64,000 bases of DNA from an uncultured delta proteobacterium (GTDB lineage Bacteria > Desulfobacterota > Binatia > UBA9968): positions 290,438-354,437 of the forward strand of contig CAVSLC010000005.1 of assembly GCA_963728565.1 (NCBI GenBank), given 5' to 3'. The notes beneath the pieces are model-generated. The model made no database searches. It was not told the origin of the DNA and saw only the letters and a program-made list of their open reading frames with translations. Every line of letters begins with the position of its first letter. The first letter of the stretch is position 1. Both the position numbers and the translations under genes were made by a program. Positions 41,516-52,580 of this stretch are shown here, piece after piece.

Positions 41516-42109
41516 TCAGCCTGGATTATTCGAATCGGCAAACGGCAAGCTAAGCTGCGCTGGAAACGACTGCCGCCGGGGCGCAGCCTTGATCAGCTTG
41601 CCGACTTCTGTTTCAAGCCATTGAATGTAAAGCCGCTGGCTGATCCGCTGTTCGATGGCTGCGATGCACAATCTGCGCACTGGTTCAGCATAGTCGAGCC
41701 ACTGCTCGCGCACGATTCGGGGCATTTTGATGTAGGTTGGTGGATCGTCGCAGAAGAGCTCGTGACGTGCCAGCGTCCAGATGTCGCACGGCTTCTCGCC
41801 GTACGGAATTTTCGGCGAATCGATTAAATTCCTATGCGGGCGGTCACCGCGCACCAGTGCCTGCACCAGATGCGTGAGCTCATGCCCGATCGTCTGGTAA
41901 GTTAGTTTCCGGACTTTAAAGCGGATGATCAGCCGCGCGATTTTGCCGCCGCGATAAATGATGCTCGCGCTTCCGAGGTGCTTGCGCGTATATCCCACGG
42001 TGATCGTTCTTCCGTTCAATTCGGGAAAGTGCGGCAGAGAGCGCGCGATCATTTCCTGAGCGCGGCGCGTAAGCCGTTTCTTCATCAGAGGTGTGAGCTT
42101 AAGCGGCAC
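41516..42109 (-). CDS. Hypothetical protein with HEXXH motif (putative zincin-like metallopeptidase)
   Basis: TIGHELTHLVQ, downstream GEKPCDIW; ends QLSLPF. Confidence 0.6.
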   Translation of the reverse strand: MPLKLTPLMKKRLTRRAQEMIARSLPHFPELNGRTITVGYTRKHLGSASIIYRGGKIARLIIRFKVRKLTYQTIGHELTHLVQALVRGDRPHRNLIDSPKIPYGEKPCDIWTLARHELFCDDPPTYIKMPRIVREQWLDYAEPVRRLCIAAIEQRISQRLYIQWLETEVGKLIKAAPRRQSFPAQLSLPFADSNNPG

Positions 42110-42188
42110 GATATCCGAGCTGATTTAAGATCGGCGAGTTTGAAGGTTGCTTGGACCGTGCCATAATCTAGTTTATAGATCGGAAGTT

Positions 42189-43112
42189 ATGACAAAGGAA
42201 AGCGCAAAGAAAAAGAGCGACAAAGAACCGCCGTTTCGATCAGGCTATATTGCAATCGTCGGCCGGCCCAATGTCGGCAAGTCGACGTTGCTCAATAATC
42301 TGCTTGGGGAAAAAGTTACCATCGTCTCGCCCAAACCTCAGACGACGCGCAATCGCATCACCGGTATTAAAACCAGCTCGCGCTCGCAAATCGTTTTTTT
42401 GGATACCCCGGGAATACACCAGGCGCGCTCGCTGATGAACCGGCGCATGGTCGAGGTGGCCCTGCAGAGTCTGCATGAAGTCGATGGCGTGCTGTGGCTG
42501 CTCGACTCGCGCAGCAGAATCGGCACGGAAGACGAAAGAATTGCCGAAACTCTGCGAGGCGTAAAGAGTCCGGTGTTGATCCTTTTGAACAAAATCGACT
42601 TGGTTTCCAAGGGGAAGCTGCTGCCGCTGATCCAACGTTGCGCGGAACTGTTGCCCGGTAAGGAAATCGTCCCCATCAGCGCCCTCAAAGGAGAAAACCT
42701 GCCGCTGGTATTGGATCTGGTCGAAAAAGCTTTGCCCGAGGGACCGAAGTTTTTTCCGGAAGGAGAGTTTACGGATCAGAGCGAGCGATTTCTTGCCGCC
42801 GAGATTATCCGCGAGAAAGTATTCTTGCTCACCCACGAGGAGATCCCCTACGGCGTCGGCGTGAGCATCGATGAATTCACCGAAAAAGAGGAGAAGAATC
42901 TGATTGTAATTCAAGCGACAATCCACACCGAGCGCGAGTCGCACAAGCCGATTCTCATTGGCAAAAGAGGCGCGATGCTGAAAGAGATCGGCCAGCGCGC
43001 CCGCGAAGAGCTGGAAGATTTGCTGGGCTGCAAAATATACTTGGAGTTGTTCATCCGGGTCGATCAGGGTTGGACGCAAAATCCCTACGCTTTAACGGAG
43101 ATGGGTTTATAA
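42189..43112 (+). CDS. era: GTPase Era
   Basis: GRPNVGKST, KPQTTR, DTPG, NKID, EEIPY, KH domain LIGKRG. Confidence 0.96.
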   Translation: MTKESAKKKSDKEPPFRSGYIAIVGRPNVGKSTLLNNLLGEKVTIVSPKPQTTRNRITGIKTSSRSQIVFLDTPGIHQARSLMNRRMVEVALQSLHEVDGVLWLLDSRSRIGTEDERIAETLRGVKSPVLILLNKIDLVSKGKLLPLIQRCAELLPGKEIVPISALKGENLPLVLDLVEKALPEGPKFFPEGEFTDQSERFLAAEIIREKVFLLTHEEIPYGVGVSIDEFTEKEEKNLIVIQATIHTERESHKPILIGKRGAMLKEIGQRAREELEDLLGCKIYLELFIRVDQGWTQNPYALTEMGL

Positions 43113-43113
43113 G

Positions 43114-44493
43114 ATGGTCGAGCCGGCGCCGCGCCAGAACCACCCCGTAGGGAAGCTGCCGATCTTGGCTATTGTCGGGAGGCCCAATGTCGGCAAATCG
43201 ACGCTCTTCAATCGCTTGGTGGGCGAGCGCAAAGCTATTGTTCACGACCTTCCCGGCGTCACTCGTGATCGCAATTACGGAGCCGCCGAGTGGTCCGGTA
43301 AGAAATTCCTGCTGGTGGATACCGGTGGTCTGGACAGCGAGGCTGAAGGCGATCTCGAACAGCGGGTCCAGGAACAGACCCGGAGTGCCATCTCGGAAGC
43401 TGACGTGATTCTCTTTCTGCTTGACGGCAAGGGCGGGCTTAACCCCATCGATCGACAAGCCATCAAGCAGCTTCGCAGAGCCAACAAGCCGGTATTTTTC
43501 GCGGTCAACAAACTCGATACTCTCAAGAAACAAGACAACCTGTATGAGTTTTATTCTCTGGGTTTGGATCGGTTGTACCCGCTCTCGGCGGAGCACGGCA
43601 TCGGTGTCTCGGACATTATGAGTGAGATCGTCAGCCTGTTTCCGGATGAGCCGGAAGCTGACGATCAAATGGAGCAAAAAAAACCGGAAGCGCCGCTGTG
43701 CGTAACCATTATTGGCCGTCCCAATGCTGGCAAGTCGACGCTTACGAACCGGTTGCTTGGCTTTGAGCGTTCCGTCGTTCACGCCAAACCTGGAACCACC
43801 CGAGATGCTCTGGACACGCCCTTCGAACTAAACGGTCTGCCTTGTATTCTCGTCGATACTGCCGGGATGCGGCGCAAGGCCAGAATCGACGATAAGGTTG
43901 AGCGGTTTAGCGTGCAACGCGCGCTCCGGGTTGTCGATCGAGGCGATCTTGTCATTCACGTCATCGATGCGGCGGAAGGAGCGACTGACCAGGACGCTCA
44001 AATTTTGGCCTATGCGTACCAACGTGACAAGGCGCTACTGCTGGCGATTAACAAATGGGATTTGCCGGCTAAGGATGACAAGGATGTCGAAGCCTATCGC
44101 GCGGAGGTTTATTATCATTTGTCATTCCTCGAACATGTTCCTGTAGCATTTATCTCGGCTGCGACCGGCTTTGGGGTGAGAAAAATGCTTGACACCGCCG
44201 GCCGATTGCTCAAAGCGTATCAGCGCAAGATTTCAACCTCGGCTCTCAATCAAGCGCTACAGACAATCGTCAAAGCGCATCCCGCGCCGCTGAACCAGGG
44301 ACGGCCGGTAAAATTCTATTATGGTACTCAAACCGGCACGCGCCCGCCGACTTTCACTCTATTTGTAAACACGCCATCTGCGGTCGGCGAAGGCTACCGC
44401 AGATATTTGATTCATCAGATGCGCGACAGCTTAGGACTGGAGCACACGCCGATTAGGCTCTACCTGCGCGCGCGGCGCGAGCAACGAAGATAG
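43114..44493 (+). CDS. der: Ribosome biogenesis GTPase Der
   Basis: Tandem GTPase domains (GRPNVGKST/GVTRDR and GRPNAGKST/GTTRD/DTAG/NKWD), PPTF C-terminal domain. Confidence 0.96.
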   Translation: MVEPAPRQNHPVGKLPILAIVGRPNVGKSTLFNRLVGERKAIVHDLPGVTRDRNYGAAEWSGKKFLLVDTGGLDSEAEGDLEQRVQEQTRSAISEADVILFLLDGKGGLNPIDRQAIKQLRRANKPVFFAVNKLDTLKKQDNLYEFYSLGLDRLYPLSAEHGIGVSDIMSEIVSLFPDEPEADDQMEQKKPEAPLCVTIIGRPNAGKSTLTNRLLGFERSVVHAKPGTTRDALDTPFELNGLPCILVDTAGMRRKARIDDKVERFSVQRALRVVDRGDLVIHVIDAAEGATDQDAQILAYAYQRDKALLLAINKWDLPAKDDKDVEAYRAEVYYHLSFLEHVPVAFISAATGFGVRKMLDTAGRLLKAYQRKISTSALNQALQTIVKAHPAPLNQGRPVKFYYGTQTGTRPPTFTLFVNTPSAVGEGYRRYLIHQMRDSLGLEHTPIRLYLRARREQRR

Positions 44494-44955
44494 ATCACGA
44501 AATGCCAAAGTATCATTTGGCTATCGGCAAGCGGTCGCGGCCAAACGAAGTCTACTTCGCAGCAAGCCTGAAGTTTCGCCGCCGACGTTGTCAGTTCGTT
44601 TGAGCCGGCTTGCGCTAAATGACAGCAATACTCCTGTCGTCTTACAGGGTGCGATCCGGTTGCGCGCGCATAGCGCAGCGATGCGTCGGCGAATATGTGC
44701 GGAAATGTCGTCTGATTGCTTCTGTGATGTCTCGTTGGCAGCAAAGTCGGTTCTGTTATGAACATCCAAGCTGTTGCTGTTGTAGAAAGGTTCGCAAATT
44801 CAACGTGCTGCCAACAGCAGAATCACCGGCGTAGGGTATCGCGGATTGCTAATAGCGAGTTCTAGCCTTGCCCGGAAATTTCGCTTATCCTTTTAATCCT
44901 GCTGTCCGGCGTTCTGCATGGCAGTTGACAAACCTGGAACGAATGTGATTCAGGC

Positions 44956-46095
44956 ATGCGTAACTTTCTTGAGGGGTGTCGTTTGTCCAAGCCGGATCAC
45001 AGTGAACATGCTTTGTGGCTTGCGCTGACTCGGATCAAAGGGTTAGGCTGTATCAGTTTTAAAAAGCTGGCCAGCCACTTCGCCGATCCCACCCAGTCGT
45101 TATCGGCTACAGCCGCTGAACTTTCTGCCATTGAAGGAATCGACCGCAAAGCAGTCGATGGGCTGCTAGCTTTCACGCGATGGGATGAGGTTGAGCAGGA
45201 GGTGCAGCGCGCCGAAGAAGCGGGAGTGAAAATCATCCCATTTGGCAGCGGAATCTATCCAGCTCGTTTGCGCAGCATCGCTGACCCGCCTCCTTGTCTA
45301 TTCGTAAAGGGCGAGATTCGGCGGGAAGATGATAAGGCCGTAGCCGTGATTGGCACGCGCAGTGCGAGTCATTATGGACGGCGGGTAGCCCGTGATCTCT
45401 GTCGCGGCCTGGCTTCTCTGGGCTTTACCGTGATCAGCGGTATGGCGCGGGGCATCGACGGCGTCGCTCACGATGAAGCGCTCAACGCCGGCGGCCGAAC
45501 CATTGCGGTACTGGGCTCGGGAGTGGACCGAGCTTATCCGCCGGAGCATCGGAAGCTTTATCATCGGATCAGCGAGAACGGCGCTGTGATTTCCGAGTTG
45601 CCGCTCGGCGCTCCGCCCCTGGCGTTCAATTTTCCGGCGCGTAATCGCCTGATCAGCGGTCTTTCAGCAGGTGTAGTGGTGGTCGAAGCCACGGAGAAGA
45701 GCGGTTCGTTGATCACCGCTGCGATCGCGCTGGAACAGGGGAGAGAAGTTTTTGCCGTCCCGGGAGAAGTGGGCTCAAGCCGCAGTCGCGGTAGCCATCG
45801 ACTGATTCGCCAGGGCGCCAAGCTGGTTGAAAACGTCGACGACATTCTCGAAGAAATCGCGCCGCAGTTAGTCGCGCGCGATCGTCAGCCGGCGGCGCTG
45901 CGAACCTTGCCGGTCGATGCGCAACCCGAAACGCACAGGATTCTCGACTTGCTTCAAGAGCGTTCGTTGCACATCGATGAAGTGATCGAGGCCAGCGGCT
46001 TCTCGGCTTCGAGAGTGTCGCAAATTCTTTTGGAACTTGAGTTGCAGGGGTTTCTCAAGCAACTCCCCGGCAATCGCTATTCAGCGGAATGTTAA
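44956..46095 (+). CDS. dprA: DNA-processing protein DprA
   Basis: YPARLRSIADPP, SGMARGIDG, FPARNRLISG, SGSLIT, GREVFAVPG, C-terminal winged helix. Confidence 0.95.
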   Translation: MRNFLEGCRLSKPDHSEHALWLALTRIKGLGCISFKKLASHFADPTQSLSATAAELSAIEGIDRKAVDGLLAFTRWDEVEQEVQRAEEAGVKIIPFGSGIYPARLRSIADPPPCLFVKGEIRREDDKAVAVIGTRSASHYGRRVARDLCRGLASLGFTVISGMARGIDGVAHDEALNAGGRTIAVLGSGVDRAYPPEHRKLYHRISENGAVISELPLGAPPLAFNFPARNRLISGLSAGVVVVEATEKSGSLITAAIALEQGREVFAVPGEVGSSRSRGSHRLIRQGAKLVENVDDILEEIAPQLVARDRQPAALRTLPVDAQPETHRILDLLQERSLHIDEVIEASGFSASRVSQILLELELQGFLKQLPGNRYSAEC

Positions 46096-46135
46096 CTGTT
46101 CATAGTGTTAGACAACAAGGATGGGGTTGAGGGTT

Positions 46136-48455
46136 ATGCCAGCAAAAAATCTAGTCATCGTGGAATCTCCCGCCAAGGCCAAGACCTTGGAAAAATATCT
46201 TGGGCCGAGATTATCAAGTCAAAGCTTCCGTTGGTCATGTGGTCGATCTGCCCAAGAGCAAACTCGGTGTCGACGTCAAGAAAAATTTTGCGCCTGACTT
46301 CCATGTCATCCAGGCGAAGAAAAAAGTTATTGACGATTTGAAAAAAGCGGCCAAAGGCAAGGAGAAGATTTATCTTGCGTCCGATCCTGACCGAGAGGGC
46401 GAAGCAATCGCGTGGCATATCGCCGATCAAGTGGCCAAGAATCACAAGAACGTTCATCGCGTCTTGATCAACGAGATCACCAAGAAGGCGGTCCAGGAGG
46501 CGATCGCGAATCCGCTCGAATTGGACCGCAACAAATTCGACGCGCAAATCGCGCGACGGGTGCTCGACCGTCTGGTCGGTTATCAACTGAGCCCGCTGCT
46601 TTGGAACAAAGTCAGGCGCGGCCTCAGTGCGGGCCGCGTACAGTCGGTCGCGGTGCGGTTGGTTTGCGAGCGCGAAAAGGAGATACGGGCGTTTACCGCG
46701 CAAGAGTACTGGTCTTTGACAGCTCTTCTCGAAGGACGTCTGCCGCCGTCGTTCAAAGCCCGGCTCGTTCAATGGCGAGGAAACAAGGTAGACAACAAGA
46801 AATTCCGACTCGAGAACGAGCCCATGGTGCAGGAGATCGTCAAGTCTCTTGACGGCGCGTCATGGATTATCGGCGAAGTCGAGAAGAAGGAGCGACGGCG
46901 CTATCCGACGCCGCCGTTTGTCACCAGCAAACTGCAACAAGAGGCGGCGCGAAAGTTGGGTTTTCAGCCCAAGCGAACCATGCAATTGGCCCAGCAACTC
47001 TACGAAGGCGTTGAGCTCGGGCAGGAAGGTTCCGTAGGTTTGATTACTTACATGCGAACCGATTCGACCCGTGTGTCCAACGACGCGCTTGCCGCAGTGC
47101 GCCAGTTCATAGGCGGGCAGTATGGAAAAAACTATCTTCCAGGCAAGCCAAACAGCTATCGCTCGAAAAAGGGCGCGCAGGACGCTCATGAGGCGATTCG
47201 ACCGACTTCGCTGGAGTACACCCCGGCGCGAGTTCGGCCGTATTTGCGCCGCGACGCTTTCCAACTCTACTCGCTGATCTGGGATCGGTTCGTTGCCAGC
47301 CAAATGGTGCCGGCGGTATTTGATCAGACGAGTTTTGAGATTCCGGTGCGAGAAGCGCTGTTCCGCGCCACCGGCCAGCAGATCAAGTTCGACGGTTTCA
47401 TGAAGGTTTACATCGAAGGGCGAGATGCTCCGGCCGGAAAAGAAACTGAAGACGGTGAAGACGAGGCGGAACGCGAGGCTCAAGATAGCGATGGCGTGTT
47501 GCCCGATCTACAAAGAGGCGACCGCCTCTCTCTACTCTCGATGGATCCGCGCCAACATTTTACTCAGCCGCCGCCGCGTTATACGCCGGCCTCGCTGATT
47601 AAAGAACTCGACGAAAAAGGTATCGGACGGCCGTCAACTTACGCCGCGATCATCTCGAATATCATCGATCGCGAATATGTGGCTCAGGATGAACGGCGCA
47701 CCTTAGCGCCGACCGATTTGGGCTTCTTAGTGACCGATCTGCTGGTAGAAAGCTTTCCGGACATTCTCAATGTTGAGTTCACGGCCGGGATGGAAGACGA
47801 ATTGGACAAGATAGAAGAAGGGAAAGAGAAGTGGACCAAAGCGATGAAGCGCTTCTACACCCCCTTCTCGCGCGATCTCAAGAAAGCCGAAACCGAGATG
47901 CGCGACGTCAAGCGGCAAGAGGTACCGACGCAAATCCCGTGCGAAAAATGCGGCGCAATGATGGTCATTAAATGGGGACGCAACGGCGAGTTCTTAGCCT
48001 GCCCTCAATATCCTGAATGCAAGAGCACCAAAAATTTCAGCCGCGATGAGAACGGCGAACTTAAAGTCGCTGAAGAAGTGACGGTCGACGAAAGCTGCGA
48101 AAACTGCGGCAGGCCGATGCTTCTTCGTTGGGGCAAGTACGGCAAGTTTCTCGGCTGTAGCGGCTATCCCGAATGTAAGACCATACGTCCTCTGGAAAAA
48201 CCGGTGGATCTTGGCATCAAGTGCCCGGACTGCGGCGAAGGCAACGTGAAAGAACGTAAATCGCGCTGGGGCAAAATGTTCTACGGCTGTGATCGTTATC
48301 CGGATTGTAAGTTTGCTACTTGGGACAAACCGGTTCCAGGGCCATGCCCGGACTGCAACGCTCCTATCTTGGTCGAGAAGGTTACCAAACGGGCCGGTCG
48401 CAGCAGGCGCTGCCGCAACAAAGAGTGCGGCTTTTCGATGCCGGTCCCGGAGTAA
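46136..48455 (+). CDS. topA: DNA topoisomerase I; frameshift near 46203
   Basis: MPAKNLVIVESPAKAKTLEKYLG from ATG 46136 joined to RDYQVKASVGH; DPDREGE, SAGRVQS, ITYMRTDS, GIGRPSTY, C4 zinc ribbons. Confidence 0.95.
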
Positions 48456-48459
48456 CTCG

Positions 48460-49821
48460 ATGGAAAAAATCGTCCGCATAGTCGGCGGCGGACTGGCCGG
48501 CTCGGAAGCCGCTTACCAGCTCGCGCGTCGGGGTGTTCGCGTGGAGCTGTTCGAGATGCGGCCGCGCCGTATGACCGAGGCGCACGCTTCAGGTGATCTC
48601 GGCGAGCTGGTGTGCAGCAACTCGCTGCGCTCCAATTCGTTATCCGCGCCGGCTGGTTTATTAAAGGAAGAGATGCGCAAGCTCGATTCGCTGATCATCA
48701 GGACGGCGGAAGTGGCGCGGGTGCCCGCCGGATCGGCATTGGCGGTGGATCGCGAGATTTTCGCGCGTGCCTTGACCGCTGCTGTCGAAGCATTATCGGG
48801 AGTGACGATTATCCGCCGGGAGGTTCAGGAAATTCCTTCGGGCATGGTTATACTGGCCAGCGGACCGCTGACCTCGCCGGCTCTAGCGCAAGCAGTGGCG
48901 ACGCTCTTGGGCCAAGAGTATCTCTACTTTTATGACGCGATCTCACCGATTGTAACTGCTGAATCCATCGACATGGATATCACCTTCAGAGCCTCGCGAT
49001 ACGATCGTGATGGCGACGATTACCTAAACCTGCCGCTGACGCGCCACGAGTATTACGCTTTCGTCAATGCGCTGGTTAAAGCCGAACGTGTGCCGACGCA
49101 TAGTTTCGAGCGCTTCGTGCCGTTCGAAGGCTGCATGCCCATCGAAGAGATGGCCGATCGCGGCAAGGACACTTTAGCGTTCGGGCCGATGCGGGCAGTG
49201 GGACTTGTCGATCAACGCACCGGCAGGCGCCCATACGCGGTGGTCCAATTGCGTCAGGAAAATCGCGAGAGGACGCTGTACAATCTCGTGGGGTTTCAAA
49301 CCAAAATGACTTACCCCGAGCAGCGCCGTGTCTTCGCCATGATTCCGGGATTGGCGCGGGCTGAATTTATTCGCCTGGGTAGTCTCCACCGCAACACGTT
49401 TATCCATTCACCGCTCCACTTGTTGCCCACCTTGCAATGGCGCCAGCGCGGCACTTTGTTTTTTGCCGGGCAGATGACTGGTGTCGAAGGTTACATCGAA
49501 TCCGCCGCAACCGGTTTGCTGGCCGGAGTGAATGCCGCGCGATTGCTGTCCGATCAACCGCCCCGGGTGCCGCCCGAGAGCACCGCTCTGGGCGCCTTGT
49601 TGCGTTACATCACTGATTCGCAGCGAAAAAAATTTCAACCGATGAACGTCAACTTCGGCCTGTTGCCGCCGTTATCCGGAGATCTCCGGGGCAGGGCCAA
49701 AAAGGAGGCGATGTCGCAAAGAGCGCTGGCCGATATGGCCGCTTGGGTTCAAGAGCTCGACCGCGATCGCACCGAGTTCCTAAACTCATCTTCGCCGCTC
49801 GATGCCGCGGCGCAACGATGA
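48460..49821 (+). CDS. trmFO: tRNA (uracil-54-C5)-methyltransferase TrmFO (Gid)
   Basis: GGGLAGSEAA, ELVCSNS, ALAVDR, FEGCMPIE, YNLVGFQT, HRNTF, AGQMTGVEGY, FQPMNVNFG. Confidence 0.95.
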   Translation: MEKIVRIVGGGLAGSEAAYQLARRGVRVELFEMRPRRMTEAHASGDLGELVCSNSLRSNSLSAPAGLLKEEMRKLDSLIIRTAEVARVPAGSALAVDREIFARALTAAVEALSGVTIIRREVQEIPSGMVILASGPLTSPALAQAVATLLGQEYLYFYDAISPIVTAESIDMDITFRASRYDRDGDDYLNLPLTRHEYYAFVNALVKAERVPTHSFERFVPFEGCMPIEEMADRGKDTLAFGPMRAVGLVDQRTGRRPYAVVQLRQENRERTLYNLVGFQTKMTYPEQRRVFAMIPGLARAEFIRLGSLHRNTFIHSPLHLLPTLQWRQRGTLFFAGQMTGVEGYIESAATGLLAGVNAARLLSDQPPRVPPESTALGALLRYITDSQRKKFQPMNVNFGLLPPLSGDLRGRAKKEAMSQRALADMAAWVQELDRDRTEFLNSSSPLDAAAQR

Positions 49822-50753
49822 TCTCTCCGCGTTGTGCTTTCATCGATATCGGTACTAATACGATTCTATGCCTGATCGCCGAGCTCAGAGACGGCGGTCG
49901 TTTCAGAGTGCTGGACGATCTGGCGGAGATTACTCGTCTGGGGCAGGGTGTGGATCGGACGGGGTTGATCAGCCACGAGGGAGAGCGGAGAAGTTCGGCA
50001 GTGTTGCGCGGTTACTTGGACGCGTGCCAAACGTTGGGTGTTGGCGAAATGATAGCGGTCGGAACCAGCGCTCTTCGCGACGCCCGCAACAGTTTCGAAG
50101 TGCGGCAACGCTGGCGGCTGGAGCTGGGACTCGATGTCCGTGTCATCACCGGCGATGATGAAGCGGCCTATTCTTTTTTGGCAGCGCAGCGAGGACTTCC
50201 ACTGATCGGGGAAGAACTGCTGGTAATCGACATCGGCGGCGGCAGTACGGAATTTATCCGCGGCAATGATTCCGGTGTCACACATGCCCTGAGCCTTAAT
50301 CTCGGATCGGTCCGTTTGACTGAGCGGTTTCTTCGCTCTGATCCCGTTGGCGCCGAAGAATTCACTGATTTGACGAGCGCCATCGACAACGAGTTGGCGG
50401 CCTTGGGGGAACACTGGGGCCATCTTGCTGTCGCTTCGGCTTGGGTTGGAACCGCGGGAACCTTCACCACCTTGGCCGCCGTCGAAAAAAAGTTGACTCG
50501 CTACGCGCACAGCGTGGTACATGGCAGTCATCTAACGCATGTTGAGGTCCAACGGCAGGTGCGGCTATACCGAAGTAAGACTCTCGCGCAGCGTAAGAGT
50601 ATTCCGGGACTCGAACCAAAACGAGCCGACGTGATTCTTGCGGGCGCATGTTTGATCGACAGAATGATGACCTTGTTCGGCGCCCGGGAGCTAATTGTCA
50701 GCGATCAGGGAGTTCGTTACGGGCTGCTGTACGAGCGCTTGAACAGGAGATAA
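49818..50753 (+). CDS. Ppx/GppA family phosphatase
   Basis: IDIGTNT, TRLGQG, TSALRDA, DIGGGSTE, GSVRLTE, RADVI. Confidence 0.9.
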   Translation: MISPRCAFIDIGTNTILCLIAELRDGGRFRVLDDLAEITRLGQGVDRTGLISHEGERRSSAVLRGYLDACQTLGVGEMIAVGTSALRDARNSFEVRQRWRLELGLDVRVITGDDEAAYSFLAAQRGLPLIGEELLVIDIGGGSTEFIRGNDSGVTHALSLNLGSVRLTERFLRSDPVGAEEFTDLTSAIDNELAALGEHWGHLAVASAWVGTAGTFTTLAAVEKKLTRYAHSVVHGSHLTHVEVQRQVRLYRSKTLAQRKSIPGLEPKRADVILAGACLIDRMMTLFGARELIVSDQGVRYGLLYERLNRR

Positions 50754-50758
50754 AGTAT

Positions 50759-50787
50759 TTGACATTTAAGGATGAATCCATGATTAT
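50759..50787 (+). promoter_or_regulatory. Putative sigma-70 promoter of the HU gene
   Basis: TTGACA-17nt-GATTAT. Confidence 0.45.
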
Positions 50788-50847
50788 TTCGACCTGCTTT
50801 TGGACGATCATACCGAACGATCAGCTTGCAAGGAGGAGCAGAAGACA

Positions 50848-51117
50848 ATGACAAAAAGTGAACTCATCGACTCTGTGGCGAAAAGCGCAAACATCAGCAA
50901 AAGAGCAGCGGGCGAAGCAGTGGATGCGACCTTCGTAGGTATCTCCAAGGCGATCAAGAAGAGTAAACGATTCCAAATTCCCGGGTTCGGCACCTTTACC
51001 GTACGATCCCGCAAAGCCCGCAAGGGCAGAAATCCTCAAACCGGCGACGTCATCAACATAAAAGCTAGCCGCACAGTGGGTTTCAAACCGGCGCCGAACA
51101 TCAAAAAAGGTTTGTAA
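50848..51117 (+). CDS. hup: HU family DNA-binding protein
   Basis: MTKSELI, GFGTF, RKGRNPQTG, FKP; AGGAGG RBS. Confidence 0.95.
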   Translation: MTKSELIDSVAKSANISKRAAGEAVDATFVGISKAIKKSKRFQIPGFGTFTVRSRKARKGRNPQTGDVINIKASRTVGFKPAPNIKKGL

Positions 51118-51138
51118 CATAATTGACGATCAATGCCG

Positions 51139-51171
51139 GGCCACCACCCTTATTGTGGTGGCCTTTTTTTT
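51139..51171 (+). terminator. Intrinsic terminator after the HU gene
   Basis: GGCCACCAC-CCTTATT-GTGGTGGCC followed by T8. Confidence 0.88.
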
Positions 51172-51243
51172 GGAGAGCCCTTGCTGGCACTCTGATGGGC
51201 ACGTACACTAGTGCAGCAGTGCCGAGATGACGAAAGCTTAGTT

Positions 51244-52161
51244 ATGTCGCTCAAGACCGAAAAGATATGGCTCGATGGCGAATTGGTGCGCTGGGAGGAT
51301 GCGACCGTCCATGTGCTGACACATGCGTTGCATTACGGAACCGCGTATTTCGAGGGGATTCGCTGCTATGAATTGGCGGATGGCCGTTCCGCGGTATTTC
51401 GTTTACCGGAACATCTGCGCCGGCTCTGGGATTCGGGCAACATACTCGGGTTTCCGTTGCCGTATTCAGTCGAACAGCTGATGGAGGCAACTCTTCAAGT
51501 CATTCGTGCTAATCGGCTGAAGGAGTGTTACATCCGACCGGTTGCTTTCGTCGGGATTGGAGATTTGGGCCTGTACGCGCCAAATAATCCGGTTCATGTG
51601 AGTATCGCTGTTTGGCCGTGGGGCGCCTATCTTGGAGATGAAGGGCTCAAGAACGGCATACGCGCCAAAGTCTCGTCATTCACTCGCCATCACGTCAACG
51701 TGATGATGACCAAAAGCAAGGCAGCCGGCAACTACATCAATTCGGTGCTTGCCAAACACGAGGTCAAAAAGGCTGGCTACGACGAAGCCATCATGCTCGA
51801 CGCCGAAGGTTATGTTTCGGAAGCGAGCGGCGAGAACATTTTCATCGTGCGCGATCGTAAGGTGAAAACGACACCGCTGACTTCGATTCTGCCGGGCATC
51901 ACTCGAGATTCGATCATCACGCTCGCTCGCGGCAAAGATTATCAGGTCATCGAAGAACGGTTTACGCGCGATGAACTCTATACCGCTGATGAGGCGTTTT
52001 TTACCGGAACTGCCGCTGAAGTGACGCCTATTCGCGAGATAGATGACAGACAGATCGGAGCCGGCCGCCGCGGCCCAATCACCGAGGACATTCAAGCATC
52101 TTTTTTCGAAGTGGTGAAAGGGAGGCAAAGCAAGTATTCGAGCTGGTTGACTTACCTTTAG
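51244..52161 (+). CDS. ilvE: Branched-chain amino acid aminotransferase
   Basis: HALHYG..FEGIR, WGAYLG, KAAGNYINS, EASGENIF, LPGITR, FTGTAAEVTPI. Confidence 0.95.
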   Translation: MSLKTEKIWLDGELVRWEDATVHVLTHALHYGTAYFEGIRCYELADGRSAVFRLPEHLRRLWDSGNILGFPLPYSVEQLMEATLQVIRANRLKECYIRPVAFVGIGDLGLYAPNNPVHVSIAVWPWGAYLGDEGLKNGIRAKVSSFTRHHVNVMMTKSKAAGNYINSVLAKHEVKKAGYDEAIMLDAEGYVSEASGENIFIVRDRKVKTTPLTSILPGITRDSIITLARGKDYQVIEERFTRDELYTADEAFFTGTAAEVTPIREIDDRQIGAGRRGPITEDIQASFFEVVKGRQSKYSSWLTYL

Positions 52162-52205
52162 TTGTCTCTCACTTAAATTGTTCCCAAGCTCTTGGGTGGC
52201 TGCGG

Positions 52206-52577
52206 ATGGCTGATACTCGTGAACCGACTCTGCGTGTGACGATGCTTCCGCGAGACACCAATGCGCACGGAACCATCTTTGGCGGCGTCATTCTGAGTCA
52301 TATCGATCTTGCTGGGGGAGTGGCGGCGTCGCGTAAAGCACCTCGAAATTTCGTTACCCGCGCAATGCGGGAAGTCGAATTCATCGCCCCCGTGTATGTC
52401 GGCGACGTGGTGAGTTTTTATACTTCGATACAACGTCAGGGAACGACTTCATTAACCGTTCGGGTGGAAGTTGAAGCGGAAAGACTTGACAAGCCACGGC
52501 ATACTGTCCGAGTCACGGCAGCTGAGGTCGTGTACGTTGCCATAGATGAGGCCGGAAAGCCGTTATCCATAGGATAA
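52206..52577 (+). CDS. Acyl-CoA thioesterase (hotdog, YciA-like)
   Basis: PRDTNAHGTIFGGVILSHID, PVYVGD, YVAID. Confidence 0.9.
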   Translation: MADTREPTLRVTMLPRDTNAHGTIFGGVILSHIDLAGGVAASRKAPRNFVTRAMREVEFIAPVYVGDVVSFYTSIQRQGTTSLTVRVEVEAERLDKPRHTVRVTAAEVVYVAIDEAGKPLSIG

Positions 52578-52580
52578 TTC

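Noticed and set aside
42240-43782. Long minus-strand ORFs (279 and 243 aa)
   Set aside because: Antisense shadows of era and der.
44494-44955. 460-bp gap between der and dprA with short ORFs (82 and 101 aa)
   Set aside because: No convincing RBS, motif or RNA structure; I cannot support a gene or ncRNA call.
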